NCBI GenBank assembly: GCA_023230565.1
Contig: JALNXD010000002.1
Coordinates: forward strand, 16,366 to 80,365
From: Syntrophales bacterium
Lineage (GTDB): Bacteria > Desulfobacterota > Syntrophia > Syntrophales > UBA2210
Reading direction: 5' to 3'
Length of the DNA: 64,000 nt
This document shows, piece after piece, positions 1 through 9,904 of the stretch. The translations under genes and the position numbers were made by a program. The notes beneath the pieces are model-generated. The model worked only from the letters and a program-made list of their open reading frames with translations. It was not told the origin of the DNA and made no database searches. How positions within the stretch are numbered: position 1 is the stretch's first letter; each line of letters opens with the position of its first letter.

Positions 1-202
1 AGTGATCATATATACTTCTTTTTTCCGAATCACGCAGCACTTCGTAAGCTTCGGCAGCCTGTTTAAATTTTTCCTCCGCCTCTTTGTCACCGGGGTTTCT
101 GTCAGGGTGATACTTTAATGCAAGCTTTCGATAGCTTTTCTTTATTTCTTCATCCGATGCACTGCGATTTATGCCGAGAATAGTGTAATAATCCTGTTTC
201 AT
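1..202 (-). CDS. J-domain co-chaperone (DnaJ/CbpA-like), N-terminal part only; the gene runs off the left edge
   Basis: Manual reverse-strand translation from the ATG at 202-200 gives [67 protein letters not shown], a canonical J domain with the HPD motif. It is absent from the ORF track because the window edge truncates it. Confidence 0.8.
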   Translation of the reverse strand, partial: MKQDYYTILGINRSASDEEIKKSYRKLALKYHPDRNPGDKEAEEKFKQAAEAYEVLRDSEKRSIYDH

Positions 203-381
203 AATAAATTTAACTATGGAAGCACGGCCGCACTCCCCGTTTGCCGTACCTGCTGACTTTATATTAATTTTTTGCCTGCTCGGCGGGATTTACATAAATT
301 GCCTTTGATGCGCAGGTATTTGGAACCCGAAATTCTCATACCCTGCAAGCGAATATAAGATAATAACAGGACACAGGCCTG

Positions 382-1275
382 TCAAGGAAGAAAAGCTTTT
401 TCCCGCACAATTCGTCTGAATACTTCCTGATAACGCTCTCGCGTTTTTTCCACTATTTCCGCCGGTAATACCGGTGAAGGGGGTTCCCTGTTCCACTGAA
501 TCGAAAGCAGATAATCCCTCAGATACTGCTTGTCAAAACTGGAAGGCGCCCTGCCTTTCTCCAGATCAATTTTCGGCCAGAACCTCGACGAATCGGGCGT
601 AAGCAGTTCATCGATCAGAATAAGCCTGCCGTCAATAATACCGAATTCCATTTTTGTATCGGCAATTATAATCCCTGCCTGATCGGCAATCACTGATGCA
701 CGATTATAAATTTCAAGACTTGCGGCTATAACTTTTTCTGTAAGTTCCGTACCTATTCTATCTGCCATTTCATTCCTGGTTATTGGCAGGTCATGCGTTC
801 CGGCCTCCGCTTTTGTGGTAGGGGTAAAAATGGGCGCTGGAAGTTTTTCAAATTCTTTGAGCCCCTGCGGAAGTTGAATCCCTGAAACCGCTTTTCCTTC
901 GCTGTAATCCTTCCAGCCCGATCCCGTAAGGTATCCTCTCACGATACATTCTACCGGTAAGGGCGCCGCCTTTTTGACCAGCATGCTGCGCCCGTCTATT
1001 TGTTCAGTATATCTGCGGCATTCTTCAGGATACTCATCTGCGTCAGCCGAGATAAGATGAGTTTCAATCACCTGCTCCATAATCCTGAACCAAAAGACTG
1101 ACATCTGTGTTAAAATTTTACCTTTATCGGGAATCGGCGTCGGCATTACTACATCAAAAGCGCTAATACGATCTGTAGCTACAATAAGGAGACGATCACC
1201 CGCTGCATAAATGTCTCGCACTTTCCCCCTGCTTACCAAATTCAGCGATTTGAAATCCGTTTTGATGCACGCCAT
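382..1275 (-). CDS. purC: phosphoribosylaminoimidazole-succinocarboxamide (SAICAR) synthase
   Basis: 297-aa ORF. SRGKVRDIY...ATDRISAFD and LIDELLTPDSSRFW are typical long-form PurC motifs. Confidence 0.93.
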   Translation of the reverse strand: MACIKTDFKSLNLVSRGKVRDIYAAGDRLLIVATDRISAFDVVMPTPIPDKGKILTQMSVFWFRIMEQVIETHLISADADEYPEECRRYTEQIDGRSMLVKKAAPLPVECIVRGYLTGSGWKDYSEGKAVSGIQLPQGLKEFEKLPAPIFTPTTKAEAGTHDLPITRNEMADRIGTELTEKVIAASLEIYNRASVIADQAGIIIADTKMEFGIIDGRLILIDELLTPDSSRFWPKIDLEKGRAPSSFDKQYLRDYLLSIQWNREPPSPVLPAEIVEKTRERYQEVFRRIVREKAFLP

Positions 1276-1293
1276 AGAGTAAAACCTTCTTTT

Positions 1294-1923
1294 TTATAAA
1301 AAGGGATTATTTTTCTTTTCGAGGGCGATTGTTGATGTCGCTCTCATTCCGTAATTATGCCCCGGTAGAACAATTGTATCGTCGGGAAGCGAAAAAAGGC
1401 TTTTTTCAATAGATCTGAGCATTACTGTCCAGGATCCGCCGGGCAAATCCGTTCTTCCCACTCCTTCGACAAAGAGAGTATCGCCTGTAAATACATATCC
1501 TGGCGTGTACAGACTGATTCCGCCCGGTGAATGCCCTGGCGTATGAATCACTGTAAGTGTGATCCCGCCAACCGACAGGGTATCTCCGTCTTTTACTCTC
1601 GTATCCGCGGCAGGAGACGGTTCTGCTCCGAACATTCTCAGAACTGGCAAGGGAGTTGAAACAAGCATGTCGGCATCATCCTCGTGAATCACTATTTTTG
1701 CCCCTGTCATTTTTTTCATTTTGGCATTGCCCGAAATATGATCGACATGGCCATGGGTGTTTACAATATATCGAATCGAAAGATTATTTCTCTTTGCTTC
1801 ATCAATAATAGCTTCAACATCTGCTGCAGGGTCGATAACCAGCCCTGTTCCCTCTTCCTCATCGCCGAGAAGATATGCAAAAACGGCCATATTTCCTACC
1901 TGCATCTGTCGCAGTATCATCAC
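1294..1923 (-). CDS. MBL-fold metallo-hydrolase (glyoxalase II-like)
   Basis: HxHxDH motif (NTHGHVDHISG) and later HTPGHSPG. The track start is a GTG at 1923 and an ATG follows at 1920. GGAGG lies 7-10 nt upstream. Confidence 0.85.
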   Translation of the reverse strand: MMILRQMQVGNMAVFAYLLGDEEEGTGLVIDPAADVEAIIDEAKRNNLSIRYIVNTHGHVDHISGNAKMKKMTGAKIVIHEDDADMLVSTPLPVLRMFGAEPSPAADTRVKDGDTLSVGGITLTVIHTPGHSPGGISLYTPGYVFTGDTLFVEGVGRTDLPGGSWTVMLRSIEKSLFSLPDDTIVLPGHNYGMRATSTIALEKKNNPFL

Positions 1924-2089
1924 TTTATTACCTCCGGATTTTCCTGGAATAAAGAAGGGATTGGATACCTTTTTTTCTCATCGATGTCAATGACTTTATA
2001 GTAATCGTGATGGAAACGGGTATTACGCACAATATTCACTTTTCCTTTCCTGTAAAATGAAATACGGGCATTCAGATTTGTCTGCACAC

Positions 2090-2665
2090 TTATCGGCCCG
2101 CCAAACCAGTTTCATGAGCTACCTCACGCATCCCCATTATCGTATCCTCGATAAGCTCTTCAATATCCACTCCCATCATCTCGGCACCTTTCTGAATGAT
2201 ATTCCGGTTTACCCCGGCAGCAAATGCCGGCACTTTCCATTTCTTTTTCACTGATTTGACTGTCATATCGAGTACGCTTCCCGATGGACGGACCAGGGCG
2301 TTGGCTGCCACAAGTCCTGTAAGTTCGTCTATGGCATAAAGCGTCTTTTCCATCCGCGACTCCGGTTTTATATCTGAGCAGAGCCCCCAGCCGTGCGAAA
2401 CGGCTGCACGGACATATTCCGCCGGCCAATTATGAGTCTCGAGTATTTCTTTTGTCTTTGCGCAATGCTCTTCGGGATATCTTTCATAATCAAGATCGTG
2501 GATGAGTCCGACAATCCCCCATTTCTCTTCATCTTCCCCATGCTTCCGGGCACAATAGCGCATGACACCTTCAACAGCATATGCGTGCCTGATCAATGAT
2601 TCATTTTTATTATATTCCTTAAGCAGAGAAAGAGCATCCTGCCTGGTCGGTGTTTTCTCCTCCAT
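2090..2665 (-). CDS. HD/HDIG domain phosphohydrolase
   Basis: 191-aa ORF with H...HD metal-binding signature (IRHAYAVEGVM ... GLIHDLDYERYPEEH). Confidence 0.8.
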   Translation of the reverse strand: MEEKTPTRQDALSLLKEYNKNESLIRHAYAVEGVMRYCARKHGEDEEKWGIVGLIHDLDYERYPEEHCAKTKEILETHNWPAEYVRAAVSHGWGLCSDIKPESRMEKTLYAIDELTGLVAANALVRPSGSVLDMTVKSVKKKWKVPAFAAGVNRNIIQKGAEMMGVDIEELIEDTIMGMREVAHETGLAGR

Positions 2666-2683
2666 GATTCGGCTTCCTTCTTT

Positions 2684-4042
2684 TTACCGGTTTCCGGTTT
2701 TTTTCAATATTGCCCCAAAAAATCCGTCGGCGCCATGGCGGTGGGGCAAAGTCCTGAAAAATCCTCCTGAATCGATCGTATCAGGGCGGGGAAATTCACG
2801 TGGTGTGCAAAGAGACAGGGAAGAATCCCGGGCCAGTACACAATCTATCAATTCTTCATTTTCTTCCGGTTCCGTCGTACAGGTTGCATATACCATTGTT
2901 CCTCCACTTTTAAGATAGAGTGAACAATTTTTCAAAAGCGCTCCCTGAATTTTTGCATAGTGCATACTGTCGCCCTCATTTGCAAACCATTTTATTTCAG
3001 GTTTTCTCCTCAGTGTTCCCAGACCGGTACAGGGCGCATCTACAAGAATTCTGTCGAATCGTCCATAAAATGCGTTTCCGAAATCCTTTTCTCCGTCAGC
3101 AGCAATTCTTTCGATAATTCCTATTCCGAACCTCTGTGCAAGTTCCGCCCCCTGCGCAAGTCTGGCTGAATTCTTGTCTACGGCCAAAATGGAACCTTGA
3201 TTTTTCATAAGTGCGCCTATATGGGTCGACTTGATGCCGGATCCCGCACACATATCAAGCACTGTCTCGTCCGGCCCGGGATTGAGGAGGTATGAAACAA
3301 GCTGCGATGCTTCATCCTGGAATTGAAAAAAACCCTGAATATACAGTGGAGATTCCGCTAACGGATAGGGATGGTGATCAACCAAGACAGCATCCGGAGA
3401 AAGGGGTGACGGTCTTGGATGGAACCCTTCTTTTGACAGCTCGCACATCAGTTTTTCCCGAGTTGTTCTCATGAGATTGGCTCGGACAGCCAGCGGGGGT
3501 ATCCGGTTATTCGCCTCGCATATTTCAAGAGTCTCATCGATACCGAAATATTCAGCCCACCGGGCGACAAGCCAGTGAGGATGTGAATGAAAAGAAGCAA
3601 TGAATTCAACCGGATTTTGACAATACCCGGGATAGACAATTTCCTTTTTCCTTCTGGCTGAATTCCTTAAAATCGCATTTACAAGGCCTTCCCTGCCGGG
3701 ATACATACTTTTAGTGAATTGAACCGCTTCATTAACGGCCGCATACCCGGGTATTTTATCCATACAGAACATCTGATAAAGCGCTACTCGCAATATATTT
3801 CGGATCCCGTCTTCCATTTTCTGAAAATTACCGCTGTAAAAATATGTGATTATGAAATCCAGGCGATTTTTCAGCCTGAGAGTACCATATACCAATTCAT
3901 TGAGCAGCCTTTTATCCTCCGTTTTTTCATAGCGAACTTTCAAAAAAACCTTGTTTATAAGAGGTTCGGCATAAAAGTGATCCCTTTCCACCATGTTCAA
4001 AATTTCTACGGCATTGCTTCGAGGATTTCTGTATTTAATCAT
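2684..4042 (-). CDS. rsmB: 16S rRNA (cytosine-C5)-methyltransferase RsmB/Sun
   Basis: N-terminal NusB-like region plus a SAM methyltransferase core (VLDMCAGSGIKS, DAPCTGLGTLRRKPE, YATCT). It lies downstream of fmt, as in the conserved fmt-rsmB arrangement. Confidence 0.9.
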   Translation of the reverse strand: MIKYRNPRSNAVEILNMVERDHFYAEPLINKVFLKVRYEKTEDKRLLNELVYGTLRLKNRLDFIITYFYSGNFQKMEDGIRNILRVALYQMFCMDKIPGYAAVNEAVQFTKSMYPGREGLVNAILRNSARRKKEIVYPGYCQNPVEFIASFHSHPHWLVARWAEYFGIDETLEICEANNRIPPLAVRANLMRTTREKLMCELSKEGFHPRPSPLSPDAVLVDHHPYPLAESPLYIQGFFQFQDEASQLVSYLLNPGPDETVLDMCAGSGIKSTHIGALMKNQGSILAVDKNSARLAQGAELAQRFGIGIIERIAADGEKDFGNAFYGRFDRILVDAPCTGLGTLRRKPEIKWFANEGDSMHYAKIQGALLKNCSLYLKSGGTMVYATCTTEPEENEELIDCVLARDSSLSLCTPREFPRPDTIDSGGFFRTLPHRHGADGFFGAILKKTGNR

Positions 4043-4868
4043 TTTCCTTTTTCATAAGCACAATGTTCCCAAAATATGCATTGACTCCCTCATTGGTATC
4101 TTCGGTATCTGAAAGGACGAGAATTCCTTTTAATCCCTCTGCATGCCCGCCGAATATGTTTTTATAATCTTCAACGAGGTTTCTTTTTTCCCATACCCAT
4201 CGATCTGCCTTCTTTTCACCCGATTCGACAAACATAATTTTGTGCCGGGAAGAACCGGGGTAGTCGATAATGGTGCCGCGGGGAAAACCGTTTCCCCAAA
4301 TGTAATCAATTTTATAGCCGGCCGGCTCTTTCGGCCATAGCGAAAAACCAAAATTTTTTAAAATTCCGTCAACGAAGGATGGCGAAGTTGCCTCCTTTGC
4401 ACCATAAACCGCACGCACCCTTGCGACACTGTCATTCCTGTCTATTGTATCTTCTCTGGCCATCCCTGTTACCCGGTCAATTTTCCATCTCCATGCGAGG
4501 ATCGGATATTCATAAAGATCGACCGATGGAACCGTCAAAAGCGATGAATAACTGTTAAGACTCTTCATGTGTACAATAATACTTTTCCCTTCGCGTTCAA
4601 GAAGTATTGTATTTTCCTTTTTTCCGGGTTTCGCAACATGCTTCCATTGGGATGGCACGGTATCCTCGCCGGGCTCTTTCTTGAAACCAAGAACGATACG
4701 GTCACTTTCATTGCCGTGAGCTGCTTCGATTTGAAATCCACATGGAAAGAGGGAAAACATCAAAAGAGCCGCCATGATGATCCCCGTGAAGAAACCCGTA
4801 ACGCAATTGTCCGCACGTCCAACCACACCGCCGCTCCTATTCAAGAACGTCTTCACTCGATATTGCAT
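4035..4868 (-). CDS. DUF3047-like exported or membrane-anchored protein
   Basis: 277-aa ORF with an N-terminal hydrophobic segment (FFTGIIMAALLMFSLFPCGF). The C-terminal LVLSDTEDTNEGVNAYFGNIVL resembles the DUF3047 family as I recall it. It overlaps the rsmB start by 8 nt and the fmt end, so the true start is uncertain (an internal Met lies near 4775). Confidence 0.6.
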   Translation of the reverse strand: MQYRVKTFLNRSGGVVGRADNCVTGFFTGIIMAALLMFSLFPCGFQIEAAHGNESDRIVLGFKKEPGEDTVPSQWKHVAKPGKKENTILLEREGKSIIVHMKSLNSYSSLLTVPSVDLYEYPILAWRWKIDRVTGMAREDTIDRNDSVARVRAVYGAKEATSPSFVDGILKNFGFSLWPKEPAGYKIDYIWGNGFPRGTIIDYPGSSRHKIMFVESGEKKADRWVWEKRNLVEDYKNIFGGHAEGLKGILVLSDTEDTNEGVNAYFGNIVLMKKEND

Positions 4869-5778
4869 TCCCTCTGAGAAAATCGGCTACAGACATTCGC
4901 TTTCGGCCTTCTAGTTGTATTTCCCGCAGGTAAACATGGCCATCGCCTGCCATTACCTGCAAACCTGATTCAAAAAGCCGGCCTACACGCCCCGGTTCTT
5001 TTTCCCCCGAAGCTTCCTGGTCACCTGCCAGAGCTTGATATATTTTTAATTTTTTGTCTCTGAGGAATGTAAAAGCACCGGGTGAAGGGGATAGGCCCCG
5101 GATTAGATTCACTATTTCTTTGGAAGACTGCCTCCAGTCGATATGGCCCATTTCCTGCGACAATCTGGGGGCATAGGTCGCTGCCGATGAATCCTGCGAT
5201 ATCGGCCGGGCAATTCCGTCGACGACTTGTCCTACTGACTTGATAAGCATGCGCGCACCTATGGCAGCCAAACGAACAGAAAGTTCACCAAAGGACTCCA
5301 AAGGGTCGATTTCCGTCTCTTCTTGAAGCAGTATATCTCCCGAATCGACACCTTCATCCATTTTAATAATTGTGACACCTGTTTTCTTTTCTCCTCTGAT
5401 GATTGCCCAGTGTATCGGGGCCGCTCCTCTTAAATGGGGTAGAAGAGATGGATGCAGATTGATACAGCCGAGGGGAGGGGAGTTAATAATTTCAGAAGGC
5501 AGGATCTGACCGAAGGCAACAAGGACGACCATATCGGGAGCGAGCATTCTGAAAGTCTCGAGAAAAGATTCACTCCGCACACGTTCGGGTTCATACACAG
5601 GGATCCCCGCAGCTTCCGCATAAAGCTTTACCGCTGTCGGAGCTCTTTTTTTTCCGCGCCCTTTCGGTTTTTCCGGCTGGGTAACGGCACCAATAACCGG
5701 ATAACCGTTCTTTACAAGCAAATCAAGGGCCGGGATGGAAAAATCAGGGGTTCCCATAAATAAAATCTTTGGCTTCAT
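4837..5778 (-). CDS. fmt: methionyl-tRNA formyltransferase
   Basis: ILFMGTPDFS N-terminus, the HPSLLPHLRGAAPI formyltransferase motif, and a typical length of 313 aa. Confidence 0.95.
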   Translation of the reverse strand: MKPKILFMGTPDFSIPALDLLVKNGYPVIGAVTQPEKPKGRGKKRAPTAVKLYAEAAGIPVYEPERVRSESFLETFRMLAPDMVVLVAFGQILPSEIINSPPLGCINLHPSLLPHLRGAAPIHWAIIRGEKKTGVTIIKMDEGVDSGDILLQEETEIDPLESFGELSVRLAAIGARMLIKSVGQVVDGIARPISQDSSAATYAPRLSQEMGHIDWRQSSKEIVNLIRGLSPSPGAFTFLRDKKLKIYQALAGDQEASGEKEPGRVGRLFESGLQVMAGDGHVYLREIQLEGRKRMSVADFLRGNAISSEDVLE

Positions 5779-6030
5779 AGATGAAGTTCCTTTGCATACT
5801 TTAGGTTATCGTAAACGCTCTTCATGCCGGCCGAGCTGGCAGTATAACGGGAAGCAAGCGAAGCTTTCACATATGTGTCCTCCGTATATTTACATGCATG
5901 AGATTCTGACCGTGAATCATCTGTGCGAAGCGCCCGCCCCGGCTCTACCTGTGCTTTTATTCCAATCAACTGCTTCTTCCTTTACTGCAATGCGACCAGG
6001 CATTACAATTCAACGGCCTGAAATCAGTTA

Positions 6031-6495
6031 TCAGTAAATACCGAAAGCTACACCGGCAGCAAGGGTTTTGCCGAGTTCTTCACATTGCAGAATAATTTCC
6101 TCAGTTACCATTCCCTTGCATATTAAAGGATTATATACTTTTTTGAACTGATACCCAAGAGCGATTCGCTCAATACTGTGTACCGCTCCAGATCCGTCAT
6201 TGCCTGCACTGACAAAAACGGCATAAGGCATTCTAAGAACTTTTCCACGGGCATGAATATAGGTCCTGTCAAAAAAATCCTTGATCAGGCCCGACATATA
6301 GCCGAAATTTTCAGGTGTCCCTATGGCAAGCCCCTGACAGCCCAAAAGATCATCGATCATTGCTTCGGAAGCTATTTTCAGAACCGCTTCGATATCCTCG
6401 ATGGAGGAGGCACCCCGATATACTGCCCTGGCCATTTGTTCCGTATTGCCCGTCTGGGAAGAGTATAAGATGAGTATTTTTTTCATAGTATTCAA
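6031..6495 (-). CDS. flavodoxin-family FMN protein
   Basis: 154-aa ORF. KILILYSSQTGNTEQMA is the flavodoxin-type FMN phosphate-binding loop. Confidence 0.8.
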   Translation of the reverse strand: MNTMKKILILYSSQTGNTEQMARAVYRGASSIEDIEAVLKIASEAMIDDLLGCQGLAIGTPENFGYMSGLIKDFFDRTYIHARGKVLRMPYAVFVSAGNDGSGAVHSIERIALGYQFKKVYNPLICKGMVTEEIILQCEELGKTLAAGVAFGIY

Positions 6496-6551
6496 AACCT
6501 CAAAAACCTTACCATGGCAAAAAACACAATGTATCGCTTCGTACCGGCACG

Positions 6552-6581
6552 AAAAACCCCCGGCGCTTCTCGCACCGGGGG
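6552..6581 (-). terminator. intrinsic terminator downstream of the Fe-S oxidoreductase gene
   Basis: Minus strand reads CCCCCGG-N11-CCGGGGG followed by TTTTT. It lies about 35 nt after the stop at 6615. Confidence 0.6.
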
Positions 6582-6614
6582 TTCTTTCACCTTATTGATT
6601 TCCGGACCGGCTTC

Positions 6615-8732
6615 TTATTCGGGAGGAGTTCCGGCATCGGTTTCTTTTTCAACAGCCATCGACTGCCAGACGATTTCCGCAATATCAAATGCTTTCATAT
6701 TCTCTTCCTTTTCACGATCCTTGATGCCGTCAGACATCATGGTCAAGCAGAAAGGACAACCAACAGCTATCGTATCGGCTTTCACGTCTATGGCCTGATC
6801 GGTTCTCATATCATTAATCCGTTCTCCGATATCTTCTTCCATCCACATACGCGCACCACCGGCCCCGCAGCAGAATGACTTTGCGCGGTTGGATTTCATT
6901 TCCACCATACGCATACCCGGAACAGCCCCAAGCACCTGCCTCGGCTGATTGTATATATCATTATACCTCCCGAGGAAACAGGAATCATGATATGTAAAGA
7001 GCCCTTCTACCGGCTTGGTGAGTTTGATCTTCCCTTTGGCAATCAAATCGGCAAGAATTTCCGTGTGGTGAAAGACCTCAAAATTGCCTCCGAAATGTCT
7101 ATAATCCTTCTTCAATGCATTATACCCGTGGGGGCAGGTGCATACTACCTTTTTTACACCATAGCCGTTCATGGTCTCAATATTCATCTGAGCAAGCGTT
7201 TGATAAAGGTACTCATTGCCGCCTCTCATTGCCGAATCTCCGCAGCAGCCTTCCTCTTCACCAAGAATACCAAAACTTACACCCGCTTCTTTCAGTATTT
7301 TTGCAAATGCAACAGAGACCTTTTTGCCTCGATCGTCAAAAGAGCCTGAACAACCAACGTAGAAGAGATATTCGACATCAGGATCCTCGGCCAGTGTTTT
7401 AATGCCGAGATCTTTCGCCCAGTCACCCCGCATATGGGCACCTATGCCCCATGGATTGGAATTATTTTCCATATTCCTGTAGGTCAGCTGAAGCTCAGGC
7501 GAAAAATCCGCTTCCATGAGAACTTTATACTGTCTCATTTGTACAATTTTAGGCACATGTTCAATGAGGGCCGGGCAATGCTCCATGCAGTACATGCAAT
7601 TTGTGCACGCCCAGAGCTCATGCAAATCTATTACCTCTCCCACCATGGCCTTATCGGGCTCCGGTATAGCAGCTTCCTCACCTTCCTTGGTCTTCTTCCC
7701 GGCTGCCAAAACTGAAGGCGCCCTTTCAAGCCAGTAGGTTTTTATATCCTGGATTACTTTCTTAGGTGACAGGGGTTTACCTGAAATATAGGCGGGACAT
7801 CCGTCCTGGCATCGCCCGCATCTGGTGCATGCCTCGGAATCAAATATCTGCTTCCATGTAAAATCCTCAAGTTGTCCTGCGCCGAAGGACTCTGCGTTCT
7901 CGAAATCGGCTATAGGTTTCAACGTTCCCGTCGGTTCGAGATTTTTCATGTAATAATTAGCCGGGGTCGTAAAGATATGAAGCAATCTGGAAAACGGAAG
8001 ATAGGCTATCAAGCCCAGAGTTATAAAACTATGGACCCACCATGTTATTTTATGTAAAATCCTAGTTGTATCATAGCTTACACCGGCAAGTGTTTTTGAA
8101 AGAGCGTAGCCCACGAAAGACCAGTCTCCCCAGGTAAATCCATCCACATTAATATTTACATGGAGCCTTAGCGCCTCTATGATAAATCCAGTTACAATGA
8201 TCGCGCCGATTCCAACCAGAACTATGGCATCGTCAGGTCTGTTATCCGGAACCCCTTTATAGCCAAGGAAATCCGGCTTGAAGATATATCTGCGCATGAT
8301 GGCCATCACTATCCCTATTAAAACAGCCAAACCGAATATCTCCATAATCAGGGAAAACCATAAATAGAAGCCGCCGTGGAAAAATGGCAGACCTATATGA
8401 AATTGAGTCGCGTCAATAGCAGCCCCAAATATAAGAACAAGAAACCCGAAAAAGATCAGTCCGTGAAATATCCCCGGATAGGCCTCCCTGAAGGTTTTAA
8501 CCTGAAATAAACCATTCATTATCAGCGCTTTGAATCGTTCGCCCGCATTATCAGTTCTATTCTCGGGAAGCCCGATGGCTTTCCACATCTGCCAGCGACG
8601 ATAAATCCCATACGCAAATATTACGAGTGCGATAGCCGTAAAGAAAAAGAGAATTCCCTCGTAGGGGGCATTCCAGAATACCTCCCTTCCTTCATTTCCC
8701 ACTTTAAGGACGTGTTCGCCACCGTGTGCCAT
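6615..8732 (-). CDS. membrane-bound Fe-S oxidoreductase (N-terminal polytopic membrane domain, 2x[4Fe-4S] ferredoxin motifs, two CCG domains; HdrD/DsrK/GlpC-like)
   Basis: At least 5 hydrophobic helices lie in the first ~270 aa. They are followed by CTRCGRCQDGCP and CTNCMYCMEHCP, then two Cys-rich CCG-type modules (EEGCCGDS ... CTCPHG; HDSCFLG ... FCCGAGG ... GCPFC). It is adjacent to etfAB. Confidence 0.85.
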   Translation of the reverse strand: MAHGGEHVLKVGNEGREVFWNAPYEGILFFFTAIALVIFAYGIYRRWQMWKAIGLPENRTDNAGERFKALIMNGLFQVKTFREAYPGIFHGLIFFGFLVLIFGAAIDATQFHIGLPFFHGGFYLWFSLIMEIFGLAVLIGIVMAIMRRYIFKPDFLGYKGVPDNRPDDAIVLVGIGAIIVTGFIIEALRLHVNINVDGFTWGDWSFVGYALSKTLAGVSYDTTRILHKITWWVHSFITLGLIAYLPFSRLLHIFTTPANYYMKNLEPTGTLKPIADFENAESFGAGQLEDFTWKQIFDSEACTRCGRCQDGCPAYISGKPLSPKKVIQDIKTYWLERAPSVLAAGKKTKEGEEAAIPEPDKAMVGEVIDLHELWACTNCMYCMEHCPALIEHVPKIVQMRQYKVLMEADFSPELQLTYRNMENNSNPWGIGAHMRGDWAKDLGIKTLAEDPDVEYLFYVGCSGSFDDRGKKVSVAFAKILKEAGVSFGILGEEEGCCGDSAMRGGNEYLYQTLAQMNIETMNGYGVKKVVCTCPHGYNALKKDYRHFGGNFEVFHHTEILADLIAKGKIKLTKPVEGLFTYHDSCFLGRYNDIYNQPRQVLGAVPGMRMVEMKSNRAKSFCCGAGGARMWMEEDIGERINDMRTDQAIDVKADTIAVGCPFCLTMMSDGIKDREKEENMKAFDIAEIVWQSMAVEKETDAGTPPE

Positions 8733-8867
8733 AATTGCCTCCCTTCTTAGTACTCAATCCAATCGAGCTTACGATGGTCGTGATTCGCTGCATGTTATTA
8801 CTGATTTAGAATGAAACGTCGCACGGCGGCCGTCCATTCGCAACAGATCTTCAGCGTTCAATCTATC

Positions 8868-8900
8868 AAAAAAAAAGGGGGGAACCGTATCGCTCCCCCC
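8868..8900 (-). terminator. strong intrinsic terminator downstream of etfA
   Basis: Minus strand reads GGGGGGA-gcgatacggt-TCCCCCC followed by a run of nine T, immediately after the etfA stop (8907). Confidence 0.85.
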
Positions 8901-8906
8901 TGATAT

Positions 8907-9881
8907 CTACAAAATCTTTTTTACTTCAGCCGTTAATTCAGGAACTATCTTGAAAAGATCATCCACTATTCCATAATCGGCCTTCGCAAAGATGGGCGCT
9001 TCCTCATCCTTGTTAATGGCAACTATATATTTGGAAGAACTCATTCCAGCCAGATGCTGGATCGCACCGGAAATACCGCATGCCACATACAGATTTGGGG
9101 AAACAACCTTTCCGGTCTGGCCTACCTGATCGGTCTGAGGCCGCCATCCGGCATCGACGGCCGCTCTCGATGCACCCACCGCTGCGCCGAGCAGATCCGC
9201 GAGCGCTTCAAGTATCTGGTAGCCCTCGGGACCTTTCATTCCCCGGCCGCCCGAGACGATAACCATCGCTTCAGTAAGCTCTACTCTGCCACTCGCATCC
9301 TTCTGCACATCGACAATTTTTGTTTTCAGTGCTGCAGCGTCGAGGGCCGGATCAAATTTTACCACTTCTCCCGCTTTCGCACTTTCTACAACAGGAAATA
9401 CATTGGGACGAAGTGATGCCATCTGAGGCGAACCATCCACTTCAACCTCTGCAAAGGCCTTACCGGCATACATGGGCCTAAGGGCGATCAGCTTGCCTCC
9501 TTCAATCCTCAGGTCGGTGCAATCCGAGGCCATTCCGGTCGCAAGTGATCCTACCAGCCGGGAAGACAGATCTTTTCCCTCAACAGATGCGGCAAGAAGC
9601 AGTATCGCCGGGTCGTTTTCTTTTACCGCCTTGGTGACTGCCTGTACATATGCATCGGTGGTATATTTTTCAAAGGCGGGATCATCGGCCACATATACCT
9701 TGTCCACCCCGTATTTTCCAAGTTCGGCCGCGATGCCCTCGATACCGGATCCGAGCACCATTGCGCTGACTTCATCACCAAGCTCATCGGCCAGTTTTCG
9801 CGCCGCACTTGCTATCTCAAAGGAGACCTTTCGAAAGGCTCCGTCTCTCTGTTCTGCAACTATCCACACACCTTTTGCCAT
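8907..9881 (-). CDS. etfA: electron transfer flavoprotein, alpha subunit
   Basis: 324 aa. The C-terminal FAD-binding signature [19 protein letters not shown] is present. It is paired with etfB upstream. Confidence 0.93.
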   Translation of the reverse strand: MAKGVWIVAEQRDGAFRKVSFEIASAARKLADELGDEVSAMVLGSGIEGIAAELGKYGVDKVYVADDPAFEKYTTDAYVQAVTKAVKENDPAILLLAASVEGKDLSSRLVGSLATGMASDCTDLRIEGGKLIALRPMYAGKAFAEVEVDGSPQMASLRPNVFPVVESAKAGEVVKFDPALDAAALKTKIVDVQKDASGRVELTEAMVIVSGGRGMKGPEGYQILEALADLLGAAVGASRAAVDAGWRPQTDQVGQTGKVVSPNLYVACGISGAIQHLAGMSSSKYIVAINKDEEAPIFAKADYGIVDDLFKIVPELTAEVKKIL

Positions 9882-9904
9882 TTTATCTCCTCCATTTGAT
9901 TCGA

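Noticed and set aside
5775-5969. A 64-aa minus-strand ORF immediately upstream of fmt (a candidate def remnant or leader peptide).
   Set aside because: It has no similarity to peptide deformylase motifs (no GxGxAAxQ, EGCLS or HExxH), no RBS, and a composition that looks random.
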